Part shown: positions 59,081 to 64,000 of the stretch, in pieces
Position numbering within the stretch: the stretch's first letter is position 1
Layout of the letters: each line of letters begins with the position of its first letter
From: Syntrophales bacterium
GTDB lineage: Bacteria > Desulfobacterota > Syntrophia > Syntrophales > UBA6807
Assembly (NCBI GenBank): GCA_040767195.1
Contig: JAXGPA010000003.1
Location: 64,001-128,000, forward strand
Direction: 5' to 3'
Length of the DNA stretch: 64,000 nt
The notes under the pieces: generated by a model
Databases searched by the model: none
What the model was told of the DNA's origin: nothing
What the model saw: the letters and a program-made list of their open reading frames with translations, nothing else
Program-made: the position numbers and the translations under genes

Positions 59081-59108
59081 TTGACAAACGGCGGCAAACT
59101 GATATAGC
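59081..59108 (+). promoter_or_regulatory. Sigma70 promoter for the hom operon
   Basis: TTGACA-16 bp-TATAGC. Confidence 0.45.
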
Positions 59109-59144
59109 AAAACGGTTTGAATCATTTTCAAAGGAACGGCAGCC

Positions 59145-60464
59145 ATGACAGGAAAAAAGATCTGCGTGGGCCTTCTCGGGCTCGGTACGGTGGGGATGGG
59201 CGTCGTGAAGCTCCTGAGGGAAAACGGCGACCTCATCAAAAAACGTCTCGGGGCGGAACTGGTTATCAAGAGGATTGCCGACATCGAGCCGGACCGGCCC
59301 CGGCCTGTTACGGTGCCTCCCGGGATCATGACGACCGACGCCGGGGAGGTCATCGGGGACCCCGACATAGCCATCGTCCTGGAACTGATCGGGGGGTTCG
59401 AGCCGGCCCGGACCTTCATTCTCGAGGCCCTGGGAAAAAAGAAACACGTGATCACGGCCAACAAGGCCCTCCTTGCCACTTACGGCGATGAAATTTTCCG
59501 GGCCGCCGTGGAAAACGGCGTGGACATCGGGTTCGAGGCCAGCGTCGGCGGAACCATCCCCATCATCAAGACGCTCCGGGAAAGCCTTGTGGGGAACCGG
59601 ATCCGGTCCATTTTCGGGATCATGAACGGGACCTCCAATTATATCCTCACCAAGATGACCGATGAGGACCTTCCCTTTGAGGAAGCTCTCCGGACGGCCC
59701 AGGAACTCGGTTTCGCCGAGGCCGACCCGACGTACGACATCGAGGGGATAGACACGGCCCACAAGCTGGCCATATCCCTTTCCCTGGCTTATGGAAAAAG
59801 GGTCCGGCTCGAGGACATCTACCGGGAGGGGATTTCGGGGATCAGCGGCCGGGATGTGGAATTCGCCAGGGAACTGGGGTATAAAATCAAGCTTCTGGCC
59901 ATCGCCTTTGACCGGGGTGACTTTGTCGAGGCCCGGATCCACCCCACCATGATCCCCTTCGACCACCTCCTGGCCAACGTGAGCGGCAATTTCAACGCCT
60001 TTCACTTCATCGGGGACGCCTCCGGGTCGGTGTTCCTTTACGGACAGGGCGCCGGAATGGACCCCACGGCCAGTTCCGTGGTCTGCGATCTCGCCGACAT
60101 CGCCCGGGACATGCTCTGCGGCATTTCCGGCCGCGTGCCCCCCCGGTCTTACCCGGAGGCCCGGATCGACGACATCCGCATCCTGCCCATGGAAGAAATC
60201 GAGACGAATTATTTTTTCCGGTTCACCGCCGTCGACCGGCCCGGTGTTCTCTCGAAAATATCGGGAATCCTGGGCCGCCACAATATCAGCATCGCCGCGG
60301 TGATCCAGAAGGGACGGAAGATCGACGGCGTCGTCCCGGTGGTGATGACCACCCATGAAGCGAAGGAAAAGGCCGTCCGGGAAGCCCTCCGGGAAATCGA
60401 CCGGCTCGACATCGTGGGGGACAGGACGGTCCTGATCCGCATTGAAGACGAGAGGCTCCAATGA
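59145..60464 (+). CDS. hom: Homoserine dehydrogenase with ACT domain
   Basis: GLGTVG, TANKA, FEASVGG, NGTSN, AEADP, DRPGVL. Confidence 0.98.
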   Translation: MTGKKICVGLLGLGTVGMGVVKLLRENGDLIKKRLGAELVIKRIADIEPDRPRPVTVPPGIMTTDAGEVIGDPDIAIVLELIGGFEPARTFILEALGKKKHVITANKALLATYGDEIFRAAVENGVDIGFEASVGGTIPIIKTLRESLVGNRIRSIFGIMNGTSNYILTKMTDEDLPFEEALRTAQELGFAEADPTYDIEGIDTAHKLAISLSLAYGKRVRLEDIYREGISGISGRDVEFARELGYKIKLLAIAFDRGDFVEARIHPTMIPFDHLLANVSGNFNAFHFIGDASGSVFLYGQGAGMDPTASSVVCDLADIARDMLCGISGRVPPRSYPEARIDDIRILPMEEIETNYFFRFTAVDRPGVLSKISGILGRHNISIAAVIQKGRKIDGVVPVVMTTHEAKEKAVREALREIDRLDIVGDRTVLIRIEDERLQ

Positions 60465-61687
60465 AGTACGTCATTCTGCTAGGCGACGGCATGGCCGACG
60501 AACCCCTGGAGGAACTGGGAGGCAAAACCCCCCTGGAGCAGGCCCGAACCCCTCACATGGACGAGCTGGCGGGACAGGGAACCCTGGGGCTCATCGACAC
60601 CATACCGGAAGGATTCGCGCCGGGGAGCGATGTGGCGAACCTGTCCGTCCTGGGATACGACCCCCGGGCGTTCTTTACCGGCCGGGGGCCCCTCGAGGCG
60701 GCCAGCATGGGGGTTTCCCTTGGGCCGGAAGACATCGCCTTCCGGTGCAACCTGGTCACCCTCGACGGCGGTTTTGACGGGGTGATGGAAAATTTCAACG
60801 CCGGCCACATCTCCTCCAGCGAAGGCGCGGAGATCATGGAGAGCCTGAACGAAGCCCTGGGATCCCCGGAGGTCCGTTTTTTCCCGGGCGTCGGATACCG
60901 CCACCTTCTGGTCTTCCGCGGAAGCGATTTCGACCTTGAAACCACCCCGCCCCACGATATCGTGGGGCAAAAAGTCCGAACACATTTGCCCCGGGGAACG
61001 GGCTCGGAGAAGGTTCTTTCCCTCATGAAGGCCTCCCTGGATATTCTTAAAAATCAAGAGGTTAACCGTATACGGCGGGAACAGGGTAAGCTCACCGCCA
61101 ACGCCATCTGGCCCTGGGGGCAGGGGAAGGCCCCCCGGATGCGTCCCCTGACCGAACGGTTCGATCTTCGCGGCGGCGTGATCTCCGCCGTGGATCTTCT
61201 CCGGGGCATCGGCGTTTACGCGGGCCTGGAAAACATACCCGTTGAAGGCGCCACGGGATACACGGACACGAATTACCTGGGCAAGGCGGAAAAAGCACTG
61301 GCCTTCCTGAAAGACCACGACCTCGTCTTCGTTCACGTGGAGGCGCCCGACGAAAAGGGACACGAGGGGGACGTCTGGGGGAAGATCGCCGCCATCGAGG
61401 ACTTCGATGAAAAAATTGTGGGAACGGTGTTCCGGGGTCTCAAGTCCCTCGGGGCCTTCCGGATCCTCGTCCTCAGTGATCACCCCACGCCCATCCGGTT
61501 AAAGACCCACGTGGGAGACCCCTCGCCCTTTGCCCTGTACTCGTCGGAACGGGGGGAAAACCTGCCCAGGGGGGTCTCCTTTTCGGAGAAGAACGCCCGG
61601 GAAGGGGGGATCGTGGTGACCCCCGGCTGTCTCCTGATGGAGCATTTCATTGGCGATTGGAGACGATATATTGAGGGTTCGCGTTAA
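60461..61687 (+). CDS. apgM: ApgM-family cofactor-independent phosphoglycerate mutase / proposed homoserine-kinase-like protein
   Basis: GDGMAD, PGSDVAN, GRGPLEA, HVEAPDEKGH, DHPTP. Confidence 0.9.
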   Translation: MKYVILLGDGMADEPLEELGGKTPLEQARTPHMDELAGQGTLGLIDTIPEGFAPGSDVANLSVLGYDPRAFFTGRGPLEAASMGVSLGPEDIAFRCNLVTLDGGFDGVMENFNAGHISSSEGAEIMESLNEALGSPEVRFFPGVGYRHLLVFRGSDFDLETTPPHDIVGQKVRTHLPRGTGSEKVLSLMKASLDILKNQEVNRIRREQGKLTANAIWPWGQGKAPRMRPLTERFDLRGGVISAVDLLRGIGVYAGLENIPVEGATGYTDTNYLGKAEKALAFLKDHDLVFVHVEAPDEKGHEGDVWGKIAAIEDFDEKIVGTVFRGLKSLGAFRILVLSDHPTPIRLKTHVGDPSPFALYSSERGENLPRGVSFSEKNAREGGIVVTPGCLLMEHFIGDWRRYIEGSR

Positions 61688-62108
61688 CGTCCGTGTGATT
61701 TACGGCGACACCGACGCCATGGGGATCGTATACCACGGGAATTACCTCCGTTGGTTCGAGGTCGGCCGGACGGAGCTTTTCCGGACGCTGGGCATTGTTT
61801 ACCGGGACCTGGAAGCCCGGGGGTACTATCTTCCCCTGACCAAGGCCTATTGTCATTATCACGCCCCGGCCCGGTACGACGACATCCTCGTCATCGAGAC
61901 GTCCATCGCCGACTGGGGAAGGGCGAGCATCCGCTTCGATTATGTCGTCTGGGACGAGGGGGGGGCGAAGCGCCTTGTGGAAGGGTATACCCATCACGCA
62001 TTCACCAACGCCGGGGGCCGTGTGGTCAGGGCCCCCATGGAAATCATCGCCCTGATCCGGGACGCCTGCGAGCCGTCGAAAGATCGGGAAGAAGAAAAGG
62101 AAAGATGA
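61671..62108 (+). CDS. 4HBT/YbgC-like acyl-CoA thioesterase
   Basis: VIYGDTDAMGIVYHGNYLRWFEVGR; start uncertain. Confidence 0.92.
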   Translation: MRVRVNVRVIYGDTDAMGIVYHGNYLRWFEVGRTELFRTLGIVYRDLEARGYYLPLTKAYCHYHAPARYDDILVIETSIADWGRASIRFDYVVWDEGGAKRLVEGYTHHAFTNAGGRVVRAPMEIIALIRDACEPSKDREEEKER

Positions 62109-62109
62109 A

Positions 62110-62829
62110 ATGGCGAAGAAACTGACGAAAAAGGAGTTGAAAGAACCGGACGAGTTTCAGACCTTTTCCATGAAGGTGCTCCAGTACGTGACGGAGAACA
62201 GAAAACGGCTGTATCTCCTCGGCGCCGTCTTTCTCGCCGTGGTCCTGGCGGCGGGAGGCTATGCTTACTACCAGCAGAGCTATGAGGCCAAGGCCCTGGA
62301 GCTTTATACCGAAGCGGCGAATGCCGTTTCCTTTTCCCCCGGCCCTGTTCCGGAAGAGGCCCTGAAACCGTACGAGAGACTGTTGACGGCCTACCCCCGG
62401 AGCGCTGTGGCCCCCCTGGCCCATTATCACCTCGGAAATCTTCACTATGACAGGGATGAATACACCGAGGCTGTCGACGCTTATGAAAGATTCATCAGCA
62501 AAGCTTCGGGACGGGAAAAGGAACGGTTCCTCGTTTCCCTGGCCCATTACGGAGTGGCCTACAGTTACGAAAACCTGAAGGAATACTCGAAAGCCCTGGA
62601 AGCCTTTCAGCGGGCTGCGGAAACAACGGTCGACCCCGCTTTCCAGGCCATGATGGACCGGAACATGGGGCGGGTTTCGGAAGCCATGGGCAATGTTGAA
62701 AAAGCCCGGGAATATTACGAAAAGTCACTGGTCAATGTCAATGACCCGCTCATGGAGCAGGTCATCAGGGTTATTCTGGCGCGACTGGGAGAACAAGCCC
62801 CGGGAAGGAGCGTGGAGAAGCCATCATGA
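62110..62829 (+). CDS. YfgM-like membrane-anchored TPR protein
   Basis: KELKEPDEF N-terminus, single TM, TPR repeats. Confidence 0.85.
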   Translation: MAKKLTKKELKEPDEFQTFSMKVLQYVTENRKRLYLLGAVFLAVVLAAGGYAYYQQSYEAKALELYTEAANAVSFSPGPVPEEALKPYERLLTAYPRSAVAPLAHYHLGNLHYDRDEYTEAVDAYERFISKASGREKERFLVSLAHYGVAYSYENLKEYSKALEAFQRAAETTVDPAFQAMMDRNMGRVSEAMGNVEKAREYYEKSLVNVNDPLMEQVIRVILARLGEQAPGRSVEKPS

Positions 62830-64000
62830 AAGTTCTCATGTCGGGAAACGAAGCCATCGCCCGGGGCGCCTACGAATGCGGCGTCACCTTCGCCGCCGCC
62901 TATCCCGGGACGCCAAGCACGGAAATCACGGAGGAATTCTCGCGATACGAAGGGGTTTACGCCGAGTGGTCGCCCAACGAGAAAGTGGCCCTCGAGGTGG
63001 CCATCGGCGCGGCCCTGGCGGGCGCCAATGCCATGGCCGTCATGAAACATGTCGGTGTCAACGTGGCCGCCGACCCTCTTTTCACGGTGAGCTACACGGG
63101 AACGAACGGCGGGCTCGTCGTGATTTCCGCCGACGACCCCTCGCTCCACAGTTCCCAGAACGAGCAGGACAACCGCAATTACGCGCGCTTCGCCAAGATC
63201 CCCATGATCGAACCTTCCGACAGCGCCGAGGCGAAGGAATTCATCAAGCTGGCCTTCCGGATCAGCCGGGAATTCGACACCCCCGTGTTTCTCCGGTCCA
63301 CCACCCGGCTCTCCCACTCCAAATCGGTGGTGGATCTCGAGGAGGTGACCCGTCCTGAGGAAGTCCGGGAAATCAAGCATCAGCCTCAGAAGTACGTCAT
63401 GGTTCCCGCCAACGCGAGAGTCCGGCGGGTGGTCGTGGAAGAACGCATGAAAAAACTGGCCGCCTTCGCCGAGACCTTCCCGGAAAACCGGATCGAAATG
63501 GGCGACCCGTCCGTCGGCATCATCGCCGCCGGCATGGCCTACAGCTACGCCCGGGAGGCTTTTCCCGGCCATTCCTTCCTCAAGCTCGGCATGATCCACC
63601 CGCTCCCCGTGGGGATGATTCGGAAATTCGCGGAAAAGGTGGACAAGCTTTACGTGGTGGAAGAACTCGACCCCTTCATCGAGGACCAGATCCGGGCCCT
63701 TGGCATTCCCGTGACGGGAAAAGCGGTGTTCCCTTACACCCATGAATTCGACCCCGGGGTCGTTGAAGAGTCCATCACGGGAGAAAAACGGGAGCTGAAG
63801 CCGCTTCCCCCGGTGAAAATCCCCCCCCGGCCCCCGAACCTCTGCCCCGGGTGCCCCCACCGGGGCCTTTTCTACGCCCTGGGAAAAACGAAAACCTTTG
63901 TCGCCGGGGACATCGGGTGCTACACCCTGTCATTCATGAAGCCCCTCGAGGGTCTTCATTCGTGCATCTGCATGGGGGCCAGCATCGGCATGGCCCACGG
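62826..64000 (+). CDS. iorA: Indolepyruvate:ferredoxin oxidoreductase alpha subunit (runs off the window; absent from the ORF track)
   Basis: MKVLMSGNEAIARGAYE...YPGTPSTEI, NEKVA, MKHVGVNVAAD, HSSQNEQD, LCPGCPHR, GDIGCY. Confidence 0.96.
   Translation, partial: MKVLMSGNEAIARGAYECGVTFAAAYPGTPSTEITEEFSRYEGVYAEWSPNEKVALEVAIGAALAGANAMAVMKHVGVNVAADPLFTVSYTGTNGGLVVISADDPSLHSSQNEQDNRNYARFAKIPMIEPSDSAEAKEFIKLAFRISREFDTPVFLRSTTRLSHSKSVVDLEEVTRPEEVREIKHQPQKYVMVPANARVRRVVVEERMKKLAAFAETFPENRIEMGDPSVGIIAAGMAYSYAREAFPGHSFLKLGMIHPLPVGMIRKFAEKVDKLYVVEELDPFIEDQIRALGIPVTGKAVFPYTHEFDPGVVEESITGEKRELKPLPPVKIPPRPPNLCPGCPHRGLFYALGKTKTFVAGDIGCYTLSFMKPLEGLHSCICMGASIGMAH

Overview
GC-rich bacterial chromosome segment. 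Gene content and order suggest an anaerobic Desulfobacterota/Syntrophales-like organism (inference). The left end is rpsB-tsf-pyrH-frr, closed by a terminator that carries the decayed 5' end of a group IIC intron. About 27 kb of tungsten/molybdenum and redox genes follow (3.3-29.9 kb): two tupA paralogues plus tupBC, a DDTD-motif TiaS-like protein, PadR, a lone Mo-storage-protein homologue, and a 10-gene operon. The operon encodes a Tat-signal FeS subunit, an AOR-family W enzyme, a NapG-like protein, two HdrA-like proteins, MvhD, FdhB-like, FdhA, HdrC-like, an FeS-NapH fusion and a degenerate second AOR. An orphan Tat-FeS/cytochrome b pair with an unannotated Cys-rich 58-aa ORF lies just beyond. 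The right half holds accessory genes (carboxyltransferase, B12 radical SAM, two-component system, hemerythrin, amidohydrolase, hydrolases, a CFI-CTERM phosphoesterase) and housekeeping genes (stand-alone fusA, recJ, rpmB, pfk, purNM, recG, hom, apgM, partial iorA). The best candidate for a novel system is the transmembrane 'double AOR' complex linking periplasmic W-dependent aldehyde oxidation to a cytoplasmic HdrA/MvhD/formate dehydrogenase module. No tRNA, rRNA, CRISPR array or intact mobile element was seen. All family assignments come from motif recognition by eye, not from database searches.
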